Positions 25,782-39,265 of a stretch of 64,000 nucleotides of DNA are shown piece by piece. The stretch is from NCBI GenBank assembly GCA_040954595.2, contig CM082578.2, positions 2,400,831-2,464,830 of the forward strand, written 5' to 3'. Position numbers and translations under genes: made by a program. Positions within the stretch are counted from its first letter, which is position 1. Every line of letters starts with the position of its first letter. This stretch comes from Balanoglossus misakiensis (lineage: Eukaryota; Animalia; Hemichordata). The notes beneath the pieces are model-generated. The model was not told the origin of the DNA and did no database searches. It saw only the letters and a list, made by a program, of their open reading frames with translations.

Positions 25782-27233
25782 CTGTAATGATAGGAAGCCT
25801 TTGATGGTCTGATAAAATAAACTAGCAGAAAAGCTGGGAAAATATTGTCACTGTGATGCATCGTTGGAGATCATACATTTTATGAAATTTTTTCTATGGA
25901 TATTAAAATAGTGGTACTTAAAGAGTGCGACAACCTATGAATAAGGATTAATTCTCACTACTTCAGCCTTGAAACAGAAATGCACCAAATGTTTGATAAT
26001 AACCATAATAACAGTTCTTACAAAAAATGTGCTACATCTTTGGTCATGGCTATATGTTCCTTTTTGCAAAAGAAGTTTGACACATCAAAGTCCAGCCAGC
26101 TTTTGAAAGCATGGGAACATTGTGACCCGCAGCAGGTTAGAAAGGGGGACAGATCACATTTTCGGGGGACAAAATATCAGGACAGTGTTCTCCCTGGGAA
26201 AAATCATAGAGCCAGGGCTAATTTCCGTAAAATTTACATAATCATAGCTTCTTTTGGACAAATTTTACCACAGCTGTTACTTATCAAGTATGCTGACATT
26301 GGCACATAGTACTTACTAAGAAAGAATATTGTCTTTTTTATACCCAGTGTAAAGTAGCCCTAGTGAAATACTATTACTAGTGAAAGTATTTGAAATTGAC
26401 CTGGGGTTACGAAGTCCGCTCCAATAAAACACCCTGATGTTCCGATGACTTGCTATGGCCCTCAAAAACTGTGATGTTGTCATATTTTTTACGCGCTAGC
26501 GACAACCAGTAGTAAGAGAGACTGATAAATCGATGCTGATATGATAGCCTGTTTATTGATGTCTTAAAATGGGGTAGAAATTTTGAAGATGGCAGACATT
26601 TAGAGGCTTAAAAACGGCGAATATTCAACAGTGTCGAGCAGTTTTCAATTGGAAGTTGGGGGCCTTCGCGCTATATACCAATTTACTAGCATACGGATGG
26701 GACCTTTGACACAAGCCACATCTTGTGTCAGCTGCTCGATCACGCGAGCGGGCGGCTCAATTCAAGACACTGCGTTGTTTATCATGATGATGGTTGTTGT
26801 TTCTTTTTTGTTTGTTTATTTATTTGATTGTTTGTTTCCCCGAACAGAACGCCTAATTCACATGTGTCCTGGATGAAACACTGCCTGCCCATGCCAAGTT
26901 CACAAGTTTTCAGTGCGGGTTGTCTTTACATCCTACTACATGTATCTGTTTTTTTTTAGAAATTGGACATATCCTAAGACAAGACACCTCAGATTTTGTG
27001 TTAATTATGATATACTGCCATTGGTGTATTTTTTTTGGGGGGGAGGGTGGGGAAGATCAACATTCAGGATCAGATTAATTACTTTGATAATAATTTTTTT
27101 GCAATCATACCCCATCCTATTCTAAACAAAATCAAATAGTGCAAAGTAATTAAAAGTTTGCCTTATCAAGTAGGCATGAATCAGGGCAGGTGGTAATGAA
27201 ATTTACCTGCCCTTCGTAATTATTACCGGCCCT

Positions 27234-28773
27234 GGGCCGCTGTTAATTTTATAAGCCTGTGCAGACGCGCAGACACATGACATGACCTCCAACAAAAGTG
27301 GCTTCATCTTTTGTCATGTTTAGCTGAGTTGTTACAATGCGCGCACACGCTCAGTGCGTTGCTTGTGTTACTAGGCTATTGATGCGATTTATAGGACGCC
27401 TGTCTAAAGATAACTTGTGCACTAGTGAATGAAATGGCAGCGCACTGCTCTTGACAGCGTGCAGAGCTGCGTTGCTTCTAGGGTGATTCAAGGCGTGGAA
27501 GGTGTGAAATCACTCAGTTGTGTTCACTAAATTATCAAAAATTGAAAAGGAGTGGCAAGTTACAGTGAAAGCAAAGGTGGACGCAAAGCAAAAGTACAGG
27601 GGTGACAATCAGTCACATTATTGCTCACTCAGGAAGAATGCATCACAGTGACCCATGAAGATTATTCCGTTGCGACAATCCAACGTTTATTGCGTCAAAT
27701 GTTGCAAGGCCGCACGCTAGCTGAAACACTGAAAGAGAGAGCAAATTTGGTAGGCAGTCATACAACATTGACACTTTTGTTTAAGTGTAAAGACAATCTA
27801 ACTTTTGCCAAATATTCAGAGGGTATCAACTTCAAGGACAGAAAACGTGGACATTCCTGCCTGCTATTTAGGTTAGTGGTTAGAGGTTAATGTTAGAGGT
27901 TAGATTGGGGTTAAAGGTTAGGGTGCAATTGGAATAGAAGGCTGCAATGTTCAAGTGTAACTGTCCTGAAAGCAGTCATCTGATTATCTGTAGTCCTGCA
28001 AGGTCCTAACCAGTAGACTGTGATAATTTGTGATTTCTAGACACAAGCAAGACATTCCTTCACTTGGTAACAGTATTGAATTTTATCATACAAGTAGTTT
28101 GCGTCTGTCTATCACAACTATCCGCTTTGCTTTGTAAAATTTTAATAAAAAGGAGGAAGTTTCAGAAAATAAGTTGGAAAAACAAACGGGTGGCTAAGAA
28201 TCCAAAATAGGTGCTCTCTCTGTGTTTAAAACACTAATACTATCTAAAATCACAAATGATAGAAATAAAACAATATACAGTGTTTCAGCTCGCATGCGGC
28301 TTGTGACATTTGATGCAATAAATATTGGATTGTCACAACAAAATAAATCTTCATGGGTCACTGTGACACATTCTTCCTGAGTGAACAACAATATGACAGA
28401 TTGTCACCTCCCATACTTTTGCTGTGCGTCCACCTTTGCTTTCACTGTAACTTGCTACTTCCTTTCAATTCTTGATGAATAGTGAACACAACTGAGTGAT
28501 TTCATACCTTCCACGGCTTGAATCACCCTAGAAGCAGCGCAGCTCTGCACACTGTCAAGAGCAATGTGCTGCCATTTCATTCACTAGTGCACAAGTTATC
28601 TTTAGACAGGCGTCCTATAAATCGCATCAACAGCCTAGTAACACAAGCAACGCACTGAGCGTGTGCGCGCATTGTAACAACTCAGCTAAACATGACAAAA
28701 AGTGAAGCAACTTTTGTTGGAGGTCATGCCATGTGTCTGCGTCTGCACAGGCTTATAAAATTAACAGCGGCCC
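27234..28773. repeat. Core of a large inverted duplication: ~500-bp arms (27234-27732 and 28278-28773) around a ~545-bp spacer
   Basis: Direct reverse-complement alignment by eye, with roughly 90-95% identity. Confidence 0.93.
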
Positions 28774-28789
28774 ATGGCCAGTAAACTTT

Positions 28790-29074
28790 GCCGCAAAGGA
28801 ATATGGCCGCCACCATGAAAAAATGCAAGAAACAAGGAAAACGTCGCATTTCCGACTATAAAATTTCATAAACAAAGCATGATCTGGGACATTACATTTT
28901 CATTTTTGATCTCAATATTGCAGAATTTTCGATTTTCTTTAACTTTTGGCCATTTTGTCATAAATAAGTGATCTTGATAGACTCTTATGAAATATCATTT
29001 AATAGACATAATTCAAAGGATATATGGGATTATTTAAAACTTAAAATTTTTATCCAGTTGCAGCTCATGTGCCT
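28790..29074 (-). mobile_element. One-ended Kolobok-type MITE, same family as 62406-63914
   Basis: ATCCAGTTGCAGCTCATGTGCCT|TTAA terminus and matching internal sequence. Confidence 0.7.
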
Positions 29075-31555
29075 TTAATCTAATCCTGAATGTTGATCTC
29101 CCCCCCCCCCCACCGATATCGAAAACAGAGGAATGGCATAAACAAAAGATCAGCTGATTGCAGTCAATCCATATACTGTACATTTCTAGTATCATATTCA
29201 AACATCAGGAAATAAATAATGAAGGTTTATTAACGCAAGTGAAAATATATAAAGGGTTCTGCTGAAATATATCTGAAAAAGTTTTGATTTTTGTGAAATC
29301 TTGGTGAGGACTCAGGCAATATTTGCATTCATTAGTGTTCTCAGGAAAGTTCACGTATACGGGCGCTCAGAAGGTTGCAATACATAAACAAACTCGCCCT
29401 CGATCGACCCTCTGTATCGCGTAGACAACATGACAGTGACAACTACGGCATAACTTTTTACGTATAACTTTTTTGACATGACTGCTTGGTACATGGTACA
29501 CGGTATGTATGGTGAACGAATGTCAAATCCAGTATCATTGAGAGGTTTGCTTTACGTGTGGGACCGAGCCATGTTGAAAAGAGCAGATGACATGTAGAGC
29601 CGCATTAGGAGGAAAATAAATAAACAAATCACTAGTCAAGGTCAGATTTGAAATTAATAAATATCGCAGTACATTGTATTTATTCTGTGTATGTTTGCAT
29701 TTCTTTTTTAGCCCTTAATATGTTCGCATTGTTTGAAAGCTCCGTTATTCAGTCTGGCTGGTTCTTGAGTGTGTTGCGCGTCCACGTCTAACACGATACA
29801 TTATCAATAATAATTTACAGCTATGACATCACAAAATTCACTTGATAAAGCTATAATATTAAATATATTATATCGATGTTGAGGGGCCTTAGTGATGTCC
29901 AAAAGAACCTATAATTATGTAAATTTTATGGAAATTAGCCCCGGCACTATGATTATTCCCAGGGAGAACCCTGTCCTGATATATTGTCCCCCGAAAATAT
30001 TATTTGTCCCCCTTTATAACCTGCTGCGGGTCACAATGTCCCCATGCTTCACAGTACAATATTTTACCCACAATTCTCCATGATTTGTATATTTGAACGT
30101 TGCCCATTTAATAACTTTTTCTGTTTTACATGCTAACAATGATATTAAGTACATATAAATTTATTTATTTTTATCTAGGAAAAGTATGTTGAGCAATTAA
30201 TAGAGTGAAAATTTCAAAATCAAAATTAGAAGCCATAGGAATCTAGATATTCATGTACTGCAAATGTCACACTTTAGGGGAAACAAGCAATGACTAACTG
30301 AGGTGGCCAGTCTCTGTTGAAAGTTAACATGTAAATTTCCTTTGTTCTGTCAATAGAAATATCAATTTTTGTTTGATTAAACGGGTATTTCAAGTGTCCC
30401 TGTTTTACTTCAAACTTTTTTGTATAGCTAGCTATGCAATTGCTTGATTATTTTATAAAATTAGTATCTCCTCTCTCAATAATGCATAATTTTAAAAATA
30501 ATTTGAAATAGTTATTCACAGTAAGATTTGCCTTAAAAGTACGATCTCGAACTTGGTATTAGTGATCTACAATTCTCTGTTCACATGTGAACTTTGCCTG
30601 GTTTGACAGAGGAATATCTGTTGGTACAAATCAGAATGAGTCATGAGATTTTTCTAGTACTGTGTGCTTTCAAAAGCTGGCTGAAACACTGATAATATAC
30701 TAATTTGCTTGTAAATTTGAGGAATTTTACCTGGTGAAATAACAATTTGTATTTTTATCTGTCTAGCTGAATTTTGGTGATTATCATTATGCTCCATATT
30801 TGCCTTTGTACTTTTACAAATATTTTTAATCGAGGTTGAATATATGTAACACCACTAATATGTAGATGTTTATGTATTTGATAATAAACAGAGGTCGCGA
30901 TAACATTTTTTTGATGAAATCATAAAAAAATGTGTCAAACTCCTTTTACTTAGCCTGCGTTGTACACATGTCTAATTCAAAATTCATCAAACAAAATTAG
31001 CTACATTTTGAGTACAAAAGGTCGGGCACACAAGTGATTATTTTGATTCCAGGGGATAGTCAGCGGTATGCGTGTGGTTTACTTTGACCATTGTACAAAT
31101 AGAGAGGCCATTCCTATGCGTCAATATTGATGCACTTATTAAGATTTTCAAGTCAAATGAGTATTTTGGCGTCAAATATACATAATTTCTGCGTAAACAC
31201 GACCTCTGATAAATGCAAATTTTTTTTTTTAATAAACAGCAAAAATGGATGCATGTGCTGTTGAATTTCAGTCACCATGACGATGCATGTAGTCTGTGAC
31301 AAACGTAACATTCCACACAAAGCGTATGATTTCATTTTATGAGTGTCTAGCTATTACATTATATTTTCAGCGAATTTACATGCAACACATTGCAGGATGC
31401 TACAATCTCTAGTGCAAATTTGTTTGCGAAATTACGTTTGGCTTAACAATATATGACAAAAGTGAACATGTGTGCATGACTGCCAGATGCTGTTGTTTTT
31501 CATTTGTCAAGTATACCTGGTCTCATTCACTGGCTTTAGAGAGGCTTTATATATA

Positions 31556-33356
31556 TAGACCTGCCAATAAGTATTTACGCACCTTGCTAATGAATGTAAG
31601 CTATGAAAAATTATTCACAAAATCGATCGACTGTAACTTATTTCTGAATATAAATAACTTACGGAAGGTTTAACCCATTTTAGTCAACACAGATGTGTTG
31701 CCGCGCCGAATATGACTGCATACGCGGCGTGTTTTTCGGCCAGTGAAATTTCCTATGGTTATTGCAATGGCGGTATACTCTTTAACATCTCATTTTCATT
31801 AACATTTCACGCCATTGTGTCCGTGGCTAATTTCCCTCTATTCATATTTAAATCTCCACCAATCAGAGCTTTTAAATATAATTCTGATTAAATTTTGGTG
31901 CGGGAAAATCTGCCAGATTTGCTTATGAATATTCTGATCGAGGTCGTCGGAGGTTGCTGCATAATTTTTGTTTGTAAACATTGGATCAATGAAATCATGC
32001 TTAAAGTTCGCGAACTTCCTGAATTTGTGAAAGGTCAAATTGAGTCACTGCATAGGCAAGGTTTGAGAAACCGAGAAATTGCAAGGAAGTTTGAAATCAC
32101 AGAAGGCAGCGTCAGGTACAACATTAGGAAACTTGTTCAAATGGTAGCACGGACAATTTACATCGATCTGGACGACCAAAGCGAACAACTGAACGGGAAG
32201 ACCGAATGTTGATTAGATCAAGTCTGACGGACAGATTCAAGACGGCCTGTGACCTCCGCGCTAAATTTCATGAGGACACCGGGAAACTTTTGAGTATGAG
32301 TACCATCAAATCTCGATTGTATAGAGGAGCCAGACTCCGTGGATGTGTGGCCAAGAAAAAGCCGAAATTACAACCCCGGCACATCACAGCGCGACTACGT
32401 TTCGCCCGGCGTTACGTCTCTTTTTACGTCCATGCGTCAACTGGACACCTGTTCAGCGGTCCCAGGTTGTTTGGTCGGTTGAGTCAAAGTTCACCGTGTT
32501 TAAGAGCCGAGGGAGAGTTTTCGTTAGAAGGCGACCGGGCGAGGAGTACGAAATTGAATGACAGTCCCACAGTAAAGTTTGGTGGTGGCAGTGTTATAGT
32601 TTGGGGGTGTTTCTTGGCTGCAGGTGTTGGTTTCGCTCGTTCGAGTCGAGAACACCATGAATCGCTGGAAGTACTTAGACGTTTTATAAAACAAAATGAT
32701 ACCGGCTTTGAGACTCGTCCGGCCAGATTTTGTGTTCCAACAGGATAATGCCCCCGTACATACTGCCTTGGATGTGAAATCATTTCTACAAAATCCCCAG
32801 GATTACGGCTATCCGTTCGACAATTTTACTACGTTGGAGTGGCCAGCCTAGTCTCCTGATTTGAGCCCCATCGCGAACCTGTGGGAGTTAATCGACTTGG
32901 ACGTTCATTCCCGTCCAATACACAGCATCGACGACCTTTTTAACCGCATAGTAATATCTTGGGAACAATTCCTGCAAAATATGTGTCAGAAACTTGTCGA
33001 TACTACGTCGAAGCACCAGCGAGAGGTCATTAGGCGAAAGGGTGGACATATCCACTATTATTGACATTTGGTTCGTTCAATTCACCTCATGAATATTCAT
33101 GGTGTTTTTTTCATTGTTGTTCCCATAGAGAATGGAATGTTTCGCTGACTCCGTCTCACATCTATTTTTACGTCGATATGTCTCACTCAAATTTAATCAC
33201 AGATGAAAGATTTTTGTTCTACGACTGTTACTTATCTTGAATTTATTAAATGTAGTTGAATTTTTGCTAAAAACTGTCTGCAAGGTGTGTTAATTCATGT
33301 TTCTGAAACGTTTTCACTGCAGAACGTGGGTGCGTAAATACTTATTGGCGGGTCTG
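31556..33356 (+). mobile_element. Tc1-family DNA transposon (1.8 kb)
   Basis: TIR (T/C)AGACCYGCCAATAAGTATTTACGCACC at both ends, TA on the left flank, and an internal transposase. Confidence 0.93.
31997..33064 (+). pseudogene. Tc1 (DD34E-type) transposase pseudogene
   Basis: HTH start MLKVRELPEFVKGQI..REIARKF. Motifs VVWSVESKF, PTVKFGGGSVIVWGCF, FQQDNAPxH and WPA*SPDLSPIANLW are spread across frames. There are frameshifts and a stop, and the first D and the final E are substituted. Confidence 0.92.
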
Positions 33357-34899
33357 ATACATGTACATATCTGTACATATTATTCATGATGTTGTTGTAA
33401 ACATTTCTTTTGTGTCTGTTTCAAGGTCAGATGAGGTGAGTTATAACACTTTGATTCATGGGTTGAGTGACGTTTGGAAACCCTCACTCACATTGATGGA
33501 AGAATTTTATCTCAAAAAGAGTATACTTCAGTTGTCCCTAATAATAGCCTTTGTGTAAATTTCCCCTCTCTGAAGTGAGACAGAACTAAAGAAAGCATCT
33601 TCATATTGCTGCCAGATGCATGAGCTAGCTGGTGAAGTTCCCTGTGTGTTCCACAAGATTAAACTGTCCCAAGATGGGAAGGCAGTAGAAATGAGGTCTG
33701 TTGGCGTCCTTCAGTCTCAAGAGACTATGGATCTGCGTGCTGGGATGTTGGTCTAGATCCGGAACAGCGTAGTACATGTATGAGGCATTGAGCTTATGTT
33801 CCTTCTGAGTGGTCCTAGATTCACTGCTGTACAGTACAAATTTATTTTAGGTATATTAACTCACAACACAAGCACTCATGTGGGCTGAAAGTAGGAGGGC
33901 TTCATGATTAAGAAGAACAAAGATCTGAGCCTAACAAACTGCATAAAGCAAATTGGTCTCCTGGTGAGATATATACCATCCACCTCAGCTGTCATGATCT
34001 CTAGTATGCCTTGGTGAAGTACAATGCAATCTCCACTGCACTCTTGCAAATGGCTTGACTATTCATCATTCCTGAAGAGCAATACTCCATGGTTGGACAA
34101 ATATTCATCACATGGTGAGAAACATGTGGATCTGGGAGCCTGCTATAAGATAGCTTAGGGTTGAAATCATGAGTTGATGGTCTAGCTTAAAGTAATTTTC
34201 AGGAATAGAGTGATCTGACCTGACCCATCCTCCTGGCAAAGTATTTTTTCTCGGTTCCCTTGACATTATGTCAAATTGTGTGTATCATAAAAAGGCCAAT
34301 CAGTCAGACAGGCCTCTGCCAATAGAGATAAGTCACAGCTGTTACAACCATCTCAACACATACCAAGAACCATAGACAATAGTAAAGAGAAAAGAAAACT
34401 AATACATATGTAGATTACAAACTGTGAATGGATTGGCTGAGGGAACAGGATCCAGTGAGTACATGAGTGATAAAAGGATTTGAGAGAGTAATTAAACAGA
34501 GCTCGTGCCTGGTCGGTTGATGTGGTATTGGCTGTTCTTGTCTACTAACACCACTTGAATGGATAAGGCTATGTGCTTTCTGGTGATATAGTAAAAGACA
34601 GAACTGCATGAAGCTCAGTTTTATGTGCAGAGGTTAATTCCCACGACACTGGACTGCCAGGCATGCAGAAAAATGGTCTGATGCAAATCAAGACTTGTAG
34701 TGAAGCACGAAGGTTGTCAGGTGATTGTCACCATACATTTCACTGCATTTTGAGGCCTGTCCCCATGTTATGATGTGTAACGTCTTTGATGGAAACATTT
34801 TTTACACTTGAGTGATTTGGCCTGAGCAATATCCATAAGATCCCATTGAAACTGACGGATTTAGGTAAAACAGTTGTCATCAAGTTCAGATGACCAGAG

Positions 34900-35930
34900 G
34901 TCTCAAAAAGATGAAGCTGCCCACAACTTGACAGAGCTGACAATATCAGAGATATCAATGACAACACCGGTAAATGACACAAGGAAGATGATCACTATGA
35001 TCAGAGGCAATACTAGCTGAGAGATGTATCTTAGTGATCACAGGTGGACGTTTACCCCATAGGTGTTGACGTCTGCACCTCAATAATATCATATGTACAG
35101 GCACATGTACCAGTACATGTATAACCTATAAAATGATAGTTTCGTAATGTGGAAAGAATAGTATGCCTCTGACGGCAAGGAAGAAGGAATTCTGACAACT
35201 GCTAAATATTAAAGTGACATCGCATATGGGCAGCCAATGGGAAACCCATTTGCTATAATTTCTGCCTAGTGAGCTGAATGCCAAGTTGAACTGTACTCCA
35301 GGTGGGACCCTGTGGGGATCCATGATTGCTGCATCCCCAAATGGCATGCTATACGCTTCACTCCAATGAATAGGGGTATATATGTGACATAGCTGTATCC
35401 CAGAAGCCCAGGTGCAGAAGTCAGCAGTGTGATAGAGCATGTCTGTTGCAGATCGTCAGCCATTTTTCACTTCCATATTCGGTTAAATCAGTGATGGGAT
35501 AAATACCCTTTTTTGTCTGTTGGAGAGGGAAATCTGCTGAAATATTCCACTATAGGAGCAAAATAATTCACTTTATAGACTCTAAGAGTTACTGAACAAG
35601 TGTTCTCAGCACAATGCTACTAACCTCCCTCAAGTGATTCTGCTAGATTTCAAGACAGCAGTTATAATATGTAAATACGAACCAATGCTAAGTGGACAAG
35701 GTCGCAAATACTACAGCTGGGCCGGTGGCTCCATGCTTCATAAAGCTGCATTTCTAATACAAGATTCTGCAATATTGAAGTCAGGACACACATGGGCTAC
35801 AGGAGTATGAAAGAAGAAGTAGCACCCAAACCATACACCCACTATGGGTGTGGGTGTAGCAAAATGTTTGACACAAGTATTAGAAGCAAGAGCCTGTAAT
35901 TTACACAAAGGCTAACAAGGCAATACAAAG
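34900..35930 (+). pseudogene. Possible highly decayed Academ-like (XPG/CXC) transposase relic
   Basis: Only scattered remnants in the expected order: an EE(A)D-like segment near 34980, LH..G..CD near 35357-35390, LP near 35624 and a CGCSK Cys cluster near 35850. No ORF. Confidence 0.25.
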
Positions 35931-36056
35931 CAGTATACTCTGTTTATATGTTCTCCAAAGATGTTGTTCAAGTTAACATACTCTCTTACGTATGTTCTAT
36001 AATTAGCACATGTTTTTTGAACGTGAAAGAAGACTTCTGATCATTGTAGGAACGAA

Positions 36057-37883
36057 GGTAGAGTTGACTTTTCAGAGCCCTCTGACTCAGAGCCCTCTGA
36101 CTCAGAGCCCCTCAGAGCCCTCTGAAGTTTCAGAACCTCAGAACCCGGACCTCTTGTTGACCTCAGATATAACCCCAAAATGTACCTGTTTAATTAAATA
36201 TAATAAAGTTCCTTCACTTGCGGTGATCTTTCACCGCCAGGCATTTGTATTCAACCTGTCCCCCATTATATATCAGTGGGAAGGGCAATGTTATGATTTA
36301 TTTGTGCAGGGGTGAAGTATCATTGTGGTAATATTGATCATGCAGATATGATGTGGCTATTATAACAAGAAAACTTTCTTCAGAAACTTGTTTTCATTGC
36401 TTAGATTATTTTTTATCAAAAGTGATTTGATATTATTCATGTTTACATATTATGTATGTATTTATTATTTTTTCTTGTTTTGGAATAAACTCTTTGAAAT
36501 TTAACTGCTTGTTTGTAAATTTTTAGCAAGAAATATATACGCATTTGACATACAGCAAACCTATAGAAATAATCCTAATGGAAGGAGAATAAGCGCACTG
36601 TGTGAGGACACAAAGTTTGTCAAAAAGTCATTAATTTGAATGACTGGCAAATCCAAAATGTTTTCTACGGGCTTTATTCTGATGGACAAATAATTAAATT
36701 CTTATTTAAGGTGGCATTGCATGAAAAATTGTGATTTTTGCCAAATTTACTTTTTTTACATAAATCGGTAGGTCTAATACTGTTCCACATTCTGACAAAT
36801 GGGTCTTGGCGGAATCACCCAAAAATAGCACTTTTTTGAATGAGTTCACAGCTTAAAAAATAGGTGTCAACAATGTAAATGGCTGTTTTTCTCAGTTTGC
36901 CTTTTTGCTGCTCTTGACAACTTCAGAAGAATTTAGCTTCGCTCTGCGTTGGCCTAATTTGCTCAAATTTTAACAGGGGATTGTGTATGGACTCATCTAA
37001 CAAAACAAATTTTTTTAGTCGATAAAGTGTCCTTGGCGGGAATAAAATCTGATTCAATACAACTCATTGTGAATTTGATCAAATTTTCTAAAAATCTAAC
37101 TTGCAAACACTGTTACTCCTCAATGGAAGCAGATAACGCTAAACTAAATTTTGTTTTTTTGCATGTGTACTCTAGTTTCGAATGACATACTAAGATGCAT
37201 GATGCATGGCCAACCGTTTTACCTAATTTCAATTGAATGACATAATATCAAAAAAATGCTTTTTTTAACCAAAAAACGCCACCATTTCCGGGGGTCAATG
37301 AAATGTGCAACTCAATCAAAAGTTCAAAAACTCAGCTTCCAGAATATGTATGGTTTATAGGGGTTTTAATAATTATTGTCTTTGAAGAGAAATAGGCCTT
37401 TGAAAAAGTCTTGACGGTTTCGTGCAATACCACATTAAGTATTGAATTGATTTCCAAATTCTCTTCTTTTGGTGTTTCTTCTTGCGATTTATTTTGTTGT
37501 GTGCTACAAAATATGTTTATATTTGTAATGCAATGCAAGCAAAAAAAGAAAAGTAGCGCGTTACTGGTGAATCGGAATCCCTGGCTGAATCTGAATCTGA
37601 AATCGACATAAACTTCGAAAACAAATATGGCGGGTAATAGGCAGTCACGATCTCGCACTTGCCATACAACGTAGTACGTCGTATTTTCAGCGGGAGTAAT
37701 TTTGGCAACATTATACCCATTTGTAATCGTTAAATTTAATTATACAGGTACATTTTGGGGTCATATCTGAGGTCAACAAGAATTCTGAGGCTTGGGTTCT
37801 GAGGTTCTGAAACTTCAGAGGGCTCTGAGGGGCTCTGAGTCAGAGGGCTCTGAGTCAGAGGGCTCTGAAAAGTCAACTCTACC
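36057..37883. mobile_element. Non-autonomous element with ~145-bp TIRs and 10-bp TSD (Mutator-like)
   Basis: TAGGAACGAA at 36047-36056 and 37884-37893 (8 bp if the terminal A/T pair belongs to the element). The TIR GGTAGAGTTGACTTTTCAGAGCCCTCTGAC contains 15-bp subrepeats. Confidence 0.88.
36710..37434. mobile_element. Kolobok-type MITE nested in the Mutator-like element
   Basis: TTAA flanks. Inverted, diverged copy of 23469-24190. Confidence 0.85.
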
Positions 37884-38330
37884 TAGGAACGAACTCTCAA
37901 TTTCATGGTCCACATTTTCTGAAATTTTACCAGTAAGCGACTCCAAATTCTTAACTGACACCTTGTATCAAAGGGTCAACGGTTATTATTACAAATTCTA
38001 CGATTTAGTCTTCCAAGGCCCCACCTAATCCAGTTCTTGAATGAAACTGATTTTCCATGGACTCTCCTCGTCAAGTTATGCAAGGCAATCCATTGCCAAT
38101 GACACTGTCTCTACTGGATCGACAGTTAAAGGGGCGAAATCATAACACCAAACAAATAACCCACAAAAGTGACAAATTGGCGATGACGTGAAGAAATTCA
38201 CACAAAGTGGCGTCTGCTGGGAGCTGTATCACACCTCACTGCAAACAACACGTCACAGTACCATTCAATGTGGACCAACAGCCACATTAGATTATACTGT
38301 GAAACAAATCAATGAAAATGTATATCTTAA
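37884..38330 (+). pseudogene. Decayed exon of an unidentified gene (right paralogue), separated from its acceptor at 36048-36049 by a transposon
   Basis: Removing 36057-37883 and one TSD copy gives tcattgtAG|GAACGAACTCTCAATTTCATG, matching the left copy tcattacAG|GTACTACTCTCATTTGCATG. KFT..CWELY, TIQC and VKQ are shared. Confidence 0.55.
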
Positions 38331-39265
38331 AACACACAGTCATGGAACCATGTGTAAACAAATGAGATATATTCAAAATCAAAATTGAATGACAGAGAAA
38401 AAAAAATTCTGAATGCAGAGATTTTTTTTCTGAATGCTCAAGAATTCCTACTCCAAGCTAGGTAGTGGACATTTGCACATGGTACCCCTGACGTCAAGTG
38501 TACTATTTTATCGTAATGCACACAGTCAGGGAAGTGTAAACAAAACTAGATATATTCAAAATCAAAGAAAATGAATGGCTGAATGATTAAGTGATCCAAT
38601 GTAAACTTTTCTGTACATTATGAAAACAATAATTGTAACTCATAGAAAATTGACATCTTTTCTGAATATTGAAGGTTTGATGTCAAATGGGCAATTTGAA
38701 TCACTGCTTATCAATTTTGAGACGGCTTTGGCAACCAGACCTGATGTAAGGATTAACACCTCTCGACAACCCATTGTCTATGGGGCCAAGCTTCAGCGCC
38801 TATACATAAACTTTATGTGTGTGGACACAAGCGACTCAAAGGATTAATTCTCTGTGTTTACAAAAGGCAAATAGTGTCTCCGAAATGTTTCAAATTTTTA
38901 CCAGTGTGACCGTGGTATTATAAACAGGTACCCCACACTTTGAATGACACACACACGTACACCACACAAACAAACAAACAAACATAAATACCCTATAACT
39001 ATACTAACTACAAGTAACAACTAACAAAATAACTTAATATACCTATATAAATAAACTGTTCAAATACAGATGTGTACACTGAAATTAACTAAATTTACAC
39101 AATTATATAAAAATGCATGGCAGGGATGCCCCCAAAACTACCGTAAGCACTGCAAGCTGGGAGTCCATGCGTCTACGGACCTCTGTTGACAGATGAGTCA
39201 TCATGGAGACTGCATGGTAGTTGGACTTCTGGTCCAAATCATCTGGCCGCATTCCTCTGCTATGG

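Noticed and set aside
23469-37434. Inverted Kolobok-type MITE pair as an anchor of the large inverted duplication
   Set aside because: They are out of collinear order, and the right copy is nested within a later insertion, so these are independent insertions.
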